Source: Octopus sinensis
Taxonomy: Eukaryota
Length of the DNA stretch: 64,000 nt
Reading direction: 5' to 3'
Assembly (NCBI RefSeq): GCF_006345805.1
Contig: NW_021833083.1
Coordinates: forward strand, 19,811 to 83,810
Made by a program: the position numbers and the translations under genes. The notes below the pieces were generated by a model. That model saw nothing but the letters and a program-made list of their open reading frames with translations. It had not been told where the DNA came from and searched no databases. Of this stretch, positions 1-14,889 are shown one piece after another; the first letter of the stretch is position 1, and every line of letters begins with the position of its first letter.

Positions 1-438
1 ACTGTAGTATGAATCATATTTGATCCCAGTAAACCACGCAATGGAAAGAAAAAAAAATGTTGAACCAGACGACAGTGGTGAGAACAAGAATAATAAACCA
101 ATGACTACGACGACGATGGCGATAATTGAAACAACAACATACTTCATTTTTAATAATAATTACACGTTTAAAGTAAAACAAAACACTAAGATATTTGAAG
201 AATGAAAACTATTAAATTAACAGAGATAAAGATCTAAAAAAAAGAAATCATTGGATGGAAGCTGTTTTGGTATTAATAAATGAATGTTTTTATTTAAATA
301 CGGGAATGTTTTAAATCAAAATATGGGAATGATTTGATATCAAACCGTAAGTGTCGTAACAAACAGAATTTAAACCTTCGGTCTCTTTCTCATCTTTTTA
401 TAATTAAAAAGAACATTATTTTTTATTTACCCTTATGC

Positions 439-439
<1 letters not shown>

Positions 440-536
<97 letters not shown>

Positions 537-585
537 GTCTGTCTGTCTGTCTGCCTGCCTGCCTGCCTGCCTGTCTGTCTGTCTG
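440..585. repeat. Compound microsatellite (TATC)n-(TGTC)n-(TGCC)n
   Basis: Seen directly; explains the YLSI repeat in ORF 334..888. Confidence 0.98.
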
Positions 586-700
586 TTCGTTATTAGAGAT
601 GGAATCAGTATTAGTTCAAAACAGCAATCTGTATATCATACTTTACGCAGAGGAAAATCGTTCAGCAGCGGTGATGATATTGTTTCTTTGAGCTTCGTTA

Positions 701-706
701 ACACAC

Positions 707-751
<45 letters not shown>

Positions 752-838
752 CACGCACACACACACATGCACACACGTCACACACACACACACAAATACA
801 CACACACGCGCATACACACACCAGAGCCACACATATAA
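701..838. repeat. (CA)n microsatellite
   Basis: Seen directly. Confidence 0.98.
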
Positions 839-1104
839 CAATAATGATCAAATGGATGTTCCTCGTACTTTTATGGAAACCTGGCTAGGTTATATGGAAC
901 CAAAGCAAATAACATCTATAATAGTTACTTCTAAGACTAATTGCTCTAGCCGCCATTTGCAACTGAGTTTCACTTCGTAACATGCGCCATATTTTCGCTA
1001 GTAGTTTTAGGTACCCATGCGCTCGTGAACAGATATTTCCTCGACCCCGTCACCAACTCATGAACAAGTGGAACATCCTGGATGCACCTACGCTCTGTTA
1101 GTAC

Positions 1105-1228
1105 TCATTACCGCTGAGCAGACTGGAACAACGGAAAATGAAATGCCTTGTCCAAGCACGTAGAGCGACATCTTGTGAGCTAATGATCATGAATTGAATA
1201 CCATAGCAACTAAGCTACGTGCCTTCAG
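1105..1228 (-). mobile_element. Degenerate tRNA-derived SINE 5' part with CORE-like block
   Basis: Minus strand reads GGCACGTAGCTTAGTTG...GTGCTTGGACAAGGCATTTCATTTTCCGTTGTTCCAGTCTGCTCAGC, resembling the element at 48008. Confidence 0.55.
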
Positions 1229-1280
1229 GTTTTTTTCATAAACATGAATCTTTTGAAATATTTCTAAGGAAATAGGAGTA

Positions 1281-1452
1281 GGCGTAGGAGTGGCTGTGTG
1301 GTAAGTAGCTTGCTTACGAACCACATGGTTCCGGGTTCAGTCCCACTGCGTGGCACCTTGGGCAAGTGTCTTCTACTATAACCTCGAGCCGACCAAAGCC
1401 CTGTGAGTGGATTTGGTAGACGGAAACTGAAAGAAGCCCGTCGTATATATGC

Positions 1453-1534
<82 letters not shown>

Positions 1535-1747
1535 ATATGTTTGTTCTGTGTTTGTCCCCCTAGCATTGCTTGACAACCGATGCTGGTGTGTTTACGTCCC
1601 TGTCACTTAGCGGTTCGGCAAAACAGACCGATACAATAAGTACTAGGCTTACAAAGAATAAATCCTGGGGTCGATTTGCTCGACTAAAGGCGGGGATCCA
1701 GCATGGCCTCAGTCAAATAACTGAAACAAGTAAAGGAGTAAAAAGAG
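1281..1747 (+). mobile_element. Family A composite tRNA-derived SINE (head + internal microsatellite + 3' module ending in AAGAGTAA-like repeats)
   Basis: Head GGCGTAGGAGTGGCTGTGTGGTAAG...GGTTCAGTCCC with A/B-box-like motifs; about 10 full or partial copies in the window. May correspond to the octopus OK/OR SINEs (not verified). Confidence 0.9.
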
Positions 1748-2039
1748 AGAGAGAGAGTAAATAAAATGGAAGGTTGTAATGCCTATTACTTTCTACAAGG
1801 TAATGCTGGTAAATATTTTACCTTTACCAGACGTGAACATGGAACAAGTAGAAAATTCACCTCTAAGGGTTCGGGACCTACACGGAGAAAATTGAAATTT
1901 TTTAACTGGCAATCGCGTTAAATTTAGCTTAACCAGTGACTTGTTGGAAAAATAACGCAAAGAAAGAGCAAAATTGTACAAAATAGGAAAATTTGTTAAT
2001 AGGCATAAAATAATCTTCTTTCAACATATGCACGAGGTC

Positions 2040-2650
2040 AGAAGTCTAGTAAACTGGCTCAGTATCTGACTGGTTCTCTATTTCATTGATCCTGGTGGGA
2101 AAAAAGGGTAAAATCAACTTTGACGGAACATAAACTCAGAATGTAAAAGACCGGAACAAAATACTGCATCTTATTCTTTCCGATGCCATAACAATTCTGT
2201 CAATCCACTGCTCTCGCAGTTATGAAATAATGCTTTCTAATTTAGGTACAAGGCCAGCAATTTTGAAGGGAAGGGGTTAGTTATTACTAGTGACTCTAGT
2301 AATTGACTGGTACTTTATTTTATTGGTCCCAAAGTTAACCTCGGCGTGATTTAAACTCAGAACGTAACAATCAGAGGAAATTCCGAAAGGAAAATTGTTT
2401 ACGACACTCTAACGATTCTGGCAGCGCATCGCCTCAAACATTTGCTTCTAATTTAGGTATAAAGCCAGCAGTTTGGAGGAGAGTGGGGTTAGTTGATTAC
2501 ATCGATATTAGTTCTTATTTTATCGATCTTGCAAGGATTAAAGCAAAGTTGATACTGGTGCGATTTGAACTCAGAACGTAATGAACTGAAACAAATACAG
2601 GAAGCGTATTTTGTGCGAAGCTGTAATAATTCTGCTAATTGGCCGCCCTT
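2040..2650 (-). mobile_element. Three adjacent degenerate family B SINE copies
   Basis: Repeated ACTCAGAA(C/T)GTAA and CTAA(C/T)(G/A)ATTCTG motifs, as in the intact copies at 58360 and 62185. Confidence 0.75.
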
Positions 2651-3777
2651 ATAAACACCAATACATAACAAATCGATGATCTAAAATCGATTCATCTTTC
2701 TTCTTCTTCTTTTTTCTCTCCCTTTATCTCTTATTCTATTTACTTCCCTTGTATTTTGTAAACAACATCCGAAAGAAGGCAACGAGAAACTATCTTTGTA
2801 TTGATCCTGGCAAATTCCATGACAAGTACATAGTTCTTGATCAAGAAGTCATGCTGATTTTTCGTCTACCTGGGGTTAAAAAAGAACACCAACAGCAGTA
2901 ACAACAATAATTAGACATGCAGATACGTTAGCTACATGCAGATGCATACACACTCTCACATATATCAAACTTACACCGACGTTACACACCCACTTTGTCT
3001 GTCTCACACGCATATATATACATACGTATTCATTATATGTATATACATACATGTGTAAATATATGTATATATGATGGCTGCAGCTCAATTTTGAGCCATG
3101 CTATCGCTTGATTGTTGTCTTAAACATTATTAGTGCAGATGTGGCTTTTAAGTTTTGGTAGTGACCTGCACTCATCTGTGGTACCGAGGTAATAACCTTG
3201 GATGCCTTTTGTAGTTGGTGTTCAGAGATCATAACAGCCACGCTGACACCGGCCTTCATTCCATCATGGAGTTTTGCATTAAGTGTTTTGCCTTTCTTGG
3301 CTACCGCCAACCATAGTATACAAGACACAATAGAGACTTTAAAAATCAATCGATGTGTATATATACATGTTTATTAGAAGGTTTGGAGATTATGTACAGG
3401 TATTTTATATTAGAAGAAATGAGGTACTCAGAAATTCGGATGGTTTTATATTTACAGATATTTATTTGTATGTTACATATTTTTATACATTATATATCAT
3501 ATATCATATATTAGCGCTTTGGTCCATTCTAGTATATATACATACACATACACATAAACATACACATACACATACACATACACATACATATTTACAGTCC
3601 ACTCATCTTTAAATGGGTAATCCTGCGACAAATTGGGGTCCCGTTCGGGTGGAATGTTGACCTGCCCACCAAGCTAGCGGGGTGGTATTGTTCGGATGCT
3701 ATGATAATGCGAAGAAGAATATTAGGACCAGCAGTTGTATATCGACATTTGATATTCTGGATGAAACTGCGATATTC

Positions 3778-3810
<33 letters not shown>

Positions 3811-4789
3811 TGCGTGTGTGTGTGTGTGTGTGTGTATGTGTGTGTGAGTGTGGGTATGTATGGATGAATAGCTAGGAAATAAATCTGTAACACTAGATTT
3901 CAATTTAGCCCTGATCAAGATAAACGAAAATATCACGAAACAGTCTTTTTATATAATTGCTGTTTTGTTCATCTTTGATGATCTAAATACAAAATTGATG
4001 ACAGCTTTTGGAGATTCCTAAACACTTTCCATATGAAATTTTCTGGAGTTGCTTTTAACACCTTTGTTTCATAAATAACAAGTATATTTTTGTTGAAAAT
4101 TATTTCTGCGACCAAATATTTTTTTTTGTCAAAGCATTTATACCAATTAACAAATATAGAAAACAAAAATAAAACAACACCACCAAAAGTATAAATATAT
4201 ATATATATATATATATAAGAATTATATAAATATATAAACAACAGATAAACGCTACCTCTCAACAGCAATGTTCTATATATAAACAATTCATTCAACCCCG
4301 CAAACTATAAATAAAAAAATAAATAGATGTTCTCACTGCAATCTTTATTTGACGTTACTTGTAAAATGTTTTTTAGATTTAGTACTGATATAACTATTTT
4401 GTCAAGTGCTACCGTAATGGTATGCCCTGGTACGATATTTAGTGCTCTATACAAAAGTAAGGTCTTTATTTGTGCAGTTAGACACTTGGATATTTCCATT
4501 TCTTTCTTTCCATTCCAGTTTTAGTTTATCTTTTGTATTTTACTATTTTTGTCTTCTTGGAATCTAAACAAAACCACCTAAAATTTCTTTCTTTCGAGAT
4601 TATATATACAAAGCTATTTCTGTGAGAGGAAATATTATCTGCGGTGTACTTTTCACGTTCAGATGTATTCTTGATATAACCAGTGATGATCACAAATGAT
4701 AAATACTTTGCTCATTTGAAGATAATCCATCTTGGAGAAGGAAAATTAAGACTTCCAACTAAATAAATAACAATCCCCATGAGGACTGA

Positions 4790-4945
4790 AGCACATAGAT
4801 GGCTAAGAAGATCCCATTGCAATCACGTAGTCTTTATGTCGATTCCACTAAACGGTACTTTAGGTAAGTATCTTCTACTGTACCCTCTGGTTGACCGTTA
4901 CCTTGTGAGTATGGCATTTGGTGAATGGAAACCGTACAGAAGTCC
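4790..4945 (+). mobile_element. Old family A SINE head
   Basis: GGTAAGTATCTTCTACTG...TTGTGAGTATGGCATTTGGTGAATGGAAAC aligns with the family A body. Confidence 0.6.
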
Positions 4946-4952
4946 ATAAATT

Positions 4953-5178
4953 CTCTTTACTCTCTCTTTTACTCTTTTACTTGTTTCAGTAATTTGACTG
5001 CGGCCATGCTGGAGCAACGCCTTTAGTCGAGCAAATCGACACCAGGACTTATTCTTTGTAAGCCTAGTACTTATTCTATCGGTCTCTTTTGCCGAACCGC
5101 TAAGTTACGGGGACGTAAACACACCAGCATCGGTTGTCAAGCGATGTTGGGGGTACAAACACAGACACACAAACACAA

Positions 5179-5237
<59 letters not shown>

Positions 5238-5403
5238 GACATATATACGACGGGCTTCTTTTCAGTTTCCGTCTACTAAATCCACTAACAAGGCTTTGGT
5301 CAGCCCGAGTTGAAGACACTTGCCTAAGGTGCCACGCAGTGGGACTGAACCGGGAACCATGTGGCTGGTAAGCAAGCTACTTACCACACAGCCACTCCTG
5401 CGC

Positions 5404-5404
<1 letters not shown>
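4953..5404 (-). mobile_element. Family A composite SINE, full length
   Basis: Reverse complement of the 1281 copy, with internal (CA)n. Confidence 0.92.
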
Positions 5405-5434
<30 letters not shown>

Positions 5435-5464
5435 CATACATACATACATACATACATACATACA

Positions 5465-5495
<31 letters not shown>

Positions 5496-5496
5496 C

Positions 5497-5896
5497 TACA
5501 GTTACACTATCTAGATTACAGATTCAGGTTTATACCCGTAATTATCGGGACACTGGGATATGTAACACACTGCCAAAATACCAATCTTGAGAAATTAGGC
5601 ATATCATAACCAGAAAGGAGAAAGCTGGATCCAAGTCATCACTGGAACTGTAAAAATCTATAAAACTCTCCAGAAATTTATCATTTAAGTATATACGAGC
5701 ATGTCTAGACATGCAACTATATGCATGAGAATACACAAAACAAAGCGCACAGATCTGCACATATTCATACATACACACATACATACAAAAATAATGTTGA
5801 TGTTGTTGAAATTCTAATGTAGGAGCCTTGGATCTAGGTTAGAAACCGACTCTTTCTCTATTGGCAAGAAATTTTGAAATAAAACTAAATAATGAC
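5497..5896 (+). mobile_element. 3' fragment of an R4/Dong-like (RLE) LINE
   Basis: Encodes ...YRFRFIPVIIGTLGYVTHC; same 3' end and UTR as the longer copy at 48559-49260. Confidence 0.8.
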
Positions 5897-6174
5897 ATAC
5901 ATACAAACACAGTGATACACGCGCGCGCGCGCACACACACACACACACATATACACGCATATATATATCAATATGCATCTCTGTTTGCGATCATGTTTAT
6001 GTTTCCGTGTTGTACATGTTTACATGTTTACATGTTTATCTCCTTTTATGTTCCACAAGGTAGCGATTCGACAAATAGCATTCGATAAAATAAGCATGAG
6101 ACTGAGATAAATCCTGATGTCCATATGATAAAATAAATGATTGAAGGTAGTGTCCCAAGATGGCAACAGCCCAG

Positions 6175-6902
<728 letters not shown>

Positions 6903-6917
6903 GTGTGCGTGCGTGCA

Positions 6918-6973
<56 letters not shown>

Positions 6974-7240
6974 TTTATGTTTCCGTTTGGTTTTATGTTG
7001 TATCTTTTTATATCATGTATCTTCACAATTCGACAAATAGACAGGATCTAAATTCCATATTGAAAGATCACAAAGTTGAACTAAGCTATTGAAAGTAGTG
7101 CTCGAGCAGGGTATACATTCACTACCGAAAATAATTAAAAAGTAAAGGACTGCATCTCAAACACGTAGGTCCTCAAAAAATGATTGCATTTACTAATATC
7201 AACAACCACTCATATAAACACTGCCTTGCGCCTAGAATCT

Positions 7241-7410
7241 GGCGTAGGAGTGCCTGTGTGGTAAGTAGCTTGCTTACCAACCACATGGCTCCGGGTTCAG
7301 TCCCACTGCGTGACACCTTGGGCAAGTGTCTTCTACTATAGCCTCGGGCCGACCAAATCCTTGTGAGTGGATTTGGTAGACAGAAACTGAAAGAAGCCCG
7401 TCATATATAG

Positions 7411-7476
<66 letters not shown>

Positions 7477-7659
7477 ATATATGTATGTATGTATGTATAT
7501 ATATGTATGTCTGTATATGTTTGTGTCTGTGTTAGCGGTTCGGCAAAAGAAATCCGATAGAATAAGTGCTAGGATTACAAAGAATAAGTCCTCGGTTAAA
7601 GGCGGTGCTCCAGCATGGCCACAGTCAAATGACTGAAACAAGTAAAAGAGTAAAAAGAG
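7241..7659 (+). mobile_element. Family A composite SINE with partial internal deletion
   Basis: Same head and tail as the 1281 copy. Confidence 0.9.
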
Positions 7660-8889
7660 CGACAGCAAAATTTTAACAGTTTTAAAGCCAAACAAAAAAC
7701 CCAACTCTTAAAACGACATGCAGACCTCCCACAATCTTATACACAATTTAAAACGTTCTAAAATGATCAGTGGCTGACAACATAAAAACAAGTTTTCTTT
7801 TACGATTCATAATATGGATTTGGACAAACTACACTGTTTGAAAATTTTACAGGAAGAAAAAAAGAGACAGATTTAGCATGGAAAACTTTGCGCGCACCAT
7901 TTTAGCTAACATCGACATCAACAAAGTTCTTGATTTCTTGGTATCTATTCGTAAACAAACTTTTGCAACCTCGCGAACAATCTGTTGGGTCGCCAATGAG
8001 TACAATAATAACATATTCCGAATTTGTAATTTTCCGACCAAATTACCACAAAGATCTCCGCTCAGCAATTGTTTGTAATTTTCCGAACAAATTACCACAA
8101 CGAACTCTGTTCAGTAATTGTTTTATTTTTTCAGTGTATAGGACATTTCTAAAATTCTTTAAAGCATGAAGTTTCGTATGTGTTCTTCGTATTCTTCTAC
8201 AAGCAGTTAGAGTGTCGTTCTCAGCCAGGCAAAGACATATATCATGAAGTGTGAGTCACACCTGATCACGTAACTAATTACCTACGTATCATAATTCTAC
8301 AGAATCAGAGTTGACCTGACCTACGCAACAACAACAACAACAATAACAACAAAAAGAGGAAATATTTTCATTGGGGTATAATTAATGATATTTCTGAATT
8401 AAATTCTGAATTATTATTTTAATAATTTGCTTCCATAGCAACAGAGAAGAAATTAAATTTCTCTCTGTTGTGACAGCTACCAAATAAATTTGTCTCATTT
8501 AATTTAAACTATGAAAAGTTATTAGCCACCGTGTTCCCTCGACCACAATGGTCTTTATTCAAATGTTTTAAAAATAAAATGCTATTTAAGGTATTGAGAA
8601 AAGTAATTTTTATTTTTATTTCCATTAAGAGAATAGATCTGAAAAAAGTAAGACTTTTAGTAAAGAATCTATTGAAATCAAGTTACCTTTTTAAAGGGGA
8701 AAAGAAGGAAAAATAAATACAGCTGGGTAAAGTAATCAAACAGTAGAAGAGATTCGGCGTTTTAGCATGTTCTACAGAGTAAAATTTAGATATCCGTTAA
8801 AAGCTGTATATGTGTAAACGGTTATACCCGGTTTCAAACGGAGTGTATGAATATTTTTGTTTGATTACACTTAGAAGTATAGGCACATG

Positions 8890-9062
8890 TTTGTTTTTGT
8901 GTTTGTCCACCCCTACTCCATCGCTTCATAACCAGTGTTGGTTTGTTTACATCTCGGCAACTTAGTGACTTGGCAAAGGAAAACGAAAGAATAAGAAGCA
9001 AACTTAAAAATTAAGTACTAGCATGGCCACAGTTCTAAGACTGAAACAAGTAAAAGATAAAA
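8890..9062 (+). mobile_element. Old family A 3' module
   Basis: ...AGCATGGCCACAGT...GACTGAAACAAGTAAAAGA tail. Confidence 0.65.
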
Positions 9063-12000
9063 CATGTCTCTCAATCTTACTTCTTCGTGCCTAGAAACTG
9101 GAGCTTTTGTGACTGTATCAGTAATAAGTTATAGAAAAGCGACTTGTAATATTCCTTGATATTTCTTTCTAATTGAAAAGAGGACAGATTTTGAAAACTT
9201 TCGGCCGAAACAAATAACTTGGTGTAAATAGGATACAACATGAACGAACAAATGAAACGCAAATTTTAGTATTTTGTCGAGATATTGAAGAAAGTCAGGT
9301 GAAATGACAAGTGAAGCTATAAATAAATATGAAACTATTTGGTTTCTGGATTTATCAAAATAATCATTACGGTTAACACAAGACTACAGAACCCAAATCC
9401 CTTTATGTGTCCGTTTCGGAAAATTCACATGTCAAGAAAGAATGGTGGAATAGACACGAGAATTATTTTTGGTTTGCGTTGCCAAATAGGATTTCGGAAA
9501 CTATTAACATCAATATTATTGTTTCAGTTAAGCTTAGAAGAAATCTTTCGTGTAGAAATACCAGCGAAGCAACAGTAGTTACAATGTGATAAGATTGTAC
9601 GTGCAATAATTGTATGAAGGTACGCTTCAGTGTGTAAAATTTCAAATGAAGACATGGACACACAGTCGAATGAAGTGCATGTAGATAACACGCGAAAGAT
9701 ATTAATGCTTTCTGCTTCTGTACGTAGATATTTCTTTTATAACGGTCGAGCAAACAGTTTTCAACGTGTTTAGATTACTGAGTAATGTGCCAAAAAGGAG
9801 AAATATAGTTATATAATAGAAGATAAGCAAAGAAGATTGGTTTTATGTTGCACATAGGAACAAACCTTTAAGTTCTGAGAAATAATGCAAAAACGTAAAG
9901 TAAATGTTTTAACGCTGACAATATCGACACAATATGTTTGCTTGCTTTGCGTGTTAGGGACTTGAGGTATACGTTATTAACCCAGAATAGCGTTAAATGT
10001 AGAATGTCGACAACAATCACGAGTTATTGATTCAGGAAGATGAATTTAAATGTCTAAATCTTAACACATGCACAATGTTGATATATTGGTGTCTTTTTTA
10101 TTATGCAGTTGAGACTATGAATAAGTACATTGTTTTGTGTGAGTTCAACTTCTTTCAGAAATATGCAAGTGATTTTAGATCGATAGATTTAGCTGAGCAA
10201 ACGATTCGTGGTCTTCATTACATCAATTGTCTAAATAATTCGTCACCTTTATTTAAAATGCAAGATGTAGAATTCATTAATATCTTTATATTTTTGAAAT
10301 AAGGAATATTCATTTGCATATTACTCTCATTAAAAACAGTTCACTGTTACAAGCAATTAGCAACCATTTTAAATACAGCTGTACTTCAAAAATAATTATC
10401 GCAAAATATAACTAAATAAAACGTAAAGTGTACGAACTGTATATTGCATTTAGCTCACTAAAGATATTACCTTCATTATTTACCACCCGATGGTAGAAAT
10501 AATATACTGACTAAGGAAAAATACCTTTCTCAGTTCAGCTATTTCTCCTTCGGTGAGGTTGTAGCGGGAGAAAAGTAGAACGCATATGCCGTAACAAAAG
10601 AAACAAAGCTACAAAGAAATGTGAATAAGGAAATTTGTTAGGCACACATATTTGTTGGAGTGGATTAGGAGGCAATCCTTAACCGAGGCACTTTGGTGTT
10701 TACTAGGAGCTGCTGTTTAATACATTCGGCAGGTTTAATCACATTCTTACAGTGGAAGTCTTACAAAGGTCATTCTTGGGCAAAGTGGCATCATAATCAA
10801 GCTGTTTGTAAATACAAACAATTGTTTTGATGTTATAAAGAAAACTTTACGCTGTTTGTTCAATACAATAGCTGTTCTTGGACAATTAACTGAAGAACAA
10901 TACTTTGGAATGAATCGTTTAGTTTGAGATGAATGATGTGAATTGAAATTTCTTCAGGCAGTGTATTAAAGATGAATTACATTTAGACAACTAACTACTT
11001 GCAGTTTGTGAGAAATACTAAAGCACTTTGCCTTATTTCCGGGATCTACTTGGATAATGTTTTACGTTCTGAAACGGAATACAAATACATCGTATTTGAT
11101 TGACGTTGAGCACGTAATCTGCGCTTTCTGACATTTTCTTCTGACAATGAATGAATGATTCATTCGTGTTATTTCTATGTTTTCTTTTTGTTAATAGGAG
11201 AAAATGAAAAGATAAGGGAGAAACATCGCTCCTTCATTTAAGATTTTAAACTTCTCAATGCAATGCACTAATTAAAATGATTGAAAACCTCGATCACAAC
11301 TTTCAGAAATTCTGTAGTAAGAGGCATGATTTTCATGTTGCTATGAAAGGAAGAAATTAAAAGCAGAGATGCCTTTTAGTATTAACATTTCCACAGTTTA
11401 GTAAAATATAATTGATTGAAAATATGCTCGGGAATTCGAATTCATTAGTTATTTGCAGTCAGTCACGTCGACTTTGAATGATGGATAAACTTATAGTTCA
11501 ATTACGTAGACGTGATTATTTTCAATCAAACGTCTTAATACATACATATTATACGTGACGAATCGTCTAGTCATACCGAGTGTAGTACGTTTAAGGAAAA
11601 ATTAATAAATAGGTACATATGTAGATAAAAGCAAGGCTGATCATCGATGATTGCTGGCATAGATTCTCAGGCTTTAAAAGTCCTCGTTATTGAATGGAAA
11701 TAGCAGAACCGTGTTAGAGAGAATTTCCAGCCGTTGTAATTCAGTTGGACTGGAATCAATCACTGTCAGGAACAGTTAGATTACAGTTTAGAAAACAGAT
11801 GTTCCCTAATGTGATTTTCTTGCACAAATATTGATTTCTAACATTGGTATAAAGTCTCAAAGGTTTTGTGGAATGGTTAGAGTTAATTAAAGCGGCTCAG
11901 TATTTGACTGCTATTTTATTTTATCAACTTTGGAACGATGAAAACAAAGTCAATCTCAATAAAAATTTACCTAATGCAAGGGAGGTAACTCAATATACTA

Positions 12001-12273
12001 ACTTCCCCATTCATGATCTAATGATTTGATCAATTCATTGCTATTTTGTTAGACAAATTTTGATTTGTTATTGTAGTACTTGACAGGAAATTTATTTCAC
12101 CGTCATCAGAAGGATAAAAAATGAAGTTGAACTGGATGGGATTTGAACTCAGAACGCAAAGAGACTCTTAAGACATCTGTCCTCTGCGCTAACCATTCTG
12201 TAAGTCTGCTACGGTGTCGTCATAACAATCTTGAACACAATATTAAGAATATTAACCCTTTTACAGAGATATA

Positions 12274-12506
12274 TATTTCTTTATTGACCACAAGGGGCTG
12301 AACATAGAGGAGACAAACAAGGACAGACAAAGGGATTAAGTCGATTACATCGACCCCAGTGCGAAACTGGTATTTTAGTTATCGACCCCGAAAGGATGAA
12401 ATGCAAAGTCGACCTCGGCGGAATTTGAACACAGAACGTAACGACAGACGAAATACTGCTAAGCATTTCGCCCGGCGCGCTAACGTGTCTGCCAGCTCGC
12501 TGCCTT
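12274..12506 (-). mobile_element. Family B SINE, tail-A variant
   Basis: Minus strand AAGGCAGCGAGCTGGCAG...GTGGTCAATAAAGAAATA. Confidence 0.9.
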
Positions 12507-13371
12507 TTAATTCAGAAACAAAATATAGGAAACTAACTGACCGCTCACTCAAGTGATAGCGTCAACTCAGTAAACAAACTAAGGATCGTCGAAGCGACGA
12601 GAAGACCTGTAAGCGGTCGGTAGGCCTGCTGAAAACAGCAGCCAATTTGTCCACATCAAGCTCTATTTTCTTAGAAATGGTGTAACACATTAGGTAGCAT
12701 TGTCAGACAAAAAAGAGTCTGAAAATACGAGACACAGTTGCCAAAGCTCAACTGGAGCTAAACAGCTGCTTAACTCAAACTAATAAAACTGATTTTGTAC
12801 CGCATTTCTTTCTGTTACAATATACTGAACCTGTATCAATTGCTGTTAGATATTCATTGAACCTAGATCTTCTGCTGGTCGGAAAATGTGAATATATAGT
12901 ACACTCTGTCTTGGATTTATCATGCATTTTAACGGTGATTAACTGCGTAGCTATATACTACTACATGAAGAACAAAACAATGCAAACCCCCCCCCCAAAA
13001 AAAAAGAAGCAAAATAAAATATAAAAACGGAACGAAAAACACAAGACAATAATAATAAAAAAAAATATATCACTAAAGCCATTGCATTCAAAATCACGCC
13101 CTCTTAGACATTGCAGTAACTGTTTGTACATCAGTCACTCTAGTTTGAAAGTTCTCATGCAGAGATGTCCGTCAGAAGTGCAATTATATCAGCCACTCCT
13201 CTCCACTACTAACTCACTTGATCATTGATAGCTTAAAGAAGAGAAAAGAGTTTCTATAACACAAAGAAAAGCAACTTATCAAATTTCCAAATCGCTGCAT
13301 CTGGAACAGCTAAGCTAGGTCTGGCACTCCAAGTTGGAATTTATCCACCAAATAAATTAATAAATAAATAG

Positions 13372-13403
13372 CATATATACATATACATACATACATACAT
13401 ACA

Positions 13404-13483
<80 letters not shown>

Positions 13484-13623
13484 ATGTATATATGCACATA
13501 TACATATACATTCATATATATTTACACACACACACATAATTAGATCGTTAAGCTCAAAGTATTTAGTTCTCTCTAACTCTTTGTTTTCTTGTTTCTTTAG
13601 TTGTTTTCCATCCCTTCTAGATT

Positions 13624-13709
<86 letters not shown>

Positions 13710-13720
13710 ATATATATATG
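13372..13720. repeat. (CATA)n and (TA)n microsatellites
   Basis: Seen directly. Confidence 0.95.
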
Positions 13721-14139
13721 ATAACACAATAAATAAACGCTATAAAATGGCAAAAAAGTCAGATTTTCTACTTGTTATTACGACTATTTCTTCCTATTCT
13801 TTTTTTTGTTTTACATTTGATGAAGTGGGTGGCGGGTTTCACTCATTAAAATATATTTTGACATTATTAAACCTCACCCCCCGAAAAACAAACATAAATC
13901 AACGGAAAAAACTATAATATAAAAAATGATAACAAGGGGGTTACAGCACAGGCACAAACGTTCCCGACATGGCTCCTGTCAGAAATTTCTTCGAAACCTT
14001 CTGGTAATATTTTCAGTTTCTCGAAATGATTTCTGCGTCCCATAGACAGACAATCCTAGATTCCAAAATCCATTGTTTTTTTTTTTATGATTTGAAAAAA
14101 TAATCTCGAAAATAGTTGACACAGACACCAACAGACACT

Positions 14140-14242
14140 GCCGTTACCACCACCACCACCACCACTACCACCACTACCACCACCATCACCACCACTACTA
14201 ACACCAACACCACCACCACCACTACCACCACCACCACCACCA

Positions 14243-14275
<33 letters not shown>

Positions 14276-14512
14276 TACTACTACTACTACTACTACTGAT
14301 TTCTACTTTAGGCACTAGCCCAGAAAATTTGAGAAATGGAATTAGTCGATGCGATCGCCCCCTGTACTTGACTGGTACTTTATTTTATCGATCGTGACAG
14401 GACGAAAGGCAAAGTTCATTTCGGTGTGATCTGAGTCCAGAGTATAAAGAGCTGGAAGAATTGCCGCTAGTTATTTTAACCAACTCTCTAACGGTTCTGC
14501 TAACTTGCCGCC

Positions 14513-14591
<79 letters not shown>

Positions 14592-14818
14592 GATAATAAT
14601 AATAATCCTTTCTACACCAGGTACAAAGCCTGAAATTGGGATGATGTGCAAGTCCATTACATCGAGCCCAGTGTTTCACTGGTACTTAATTTATCGACCC
14701 CCAAATGTTGAAAGGCAAAGTCAACTCCGGTGGAATTTGAACGTAAGGCCGGACGAAATGCCGTTATGCATTTCCTTCGGTGTGCTAACGATTCTGCCAG
14801 CTCGCCTTGTTAATAATG

Positions 14819-14889
<71 letters not shown>

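Noticed and set aside
334-888. 184-aa ORF and the many YLSI/HT/CV/YI/MYVC-repeat ORFs across the window
   Set aside because: Translations of microsatellites, which lack stops in some frames.
3101-3349. 82-aa minus ORF with a signal-peptide-like N-terminus
   Set aside because: TTG start in a eukaryote, no convincing splice sites and no recognised homology.
10753-10927. About 57-codon open frame after a TTACAG acceptor-like site
   Set aside because: No donor, no recognisable domain; expected by chance.
12085-12112. CTGATGA...GAAA on the minus strand
   Set aside because: Stem II too short and no stem I; lies within a degenerate SINE.
13961-14005. MAPVRNFFETF followed by GTAATA
   Set aside because: Too short; neither the piggyBac-like nor the first-exon reading is supported by flanking motifs.
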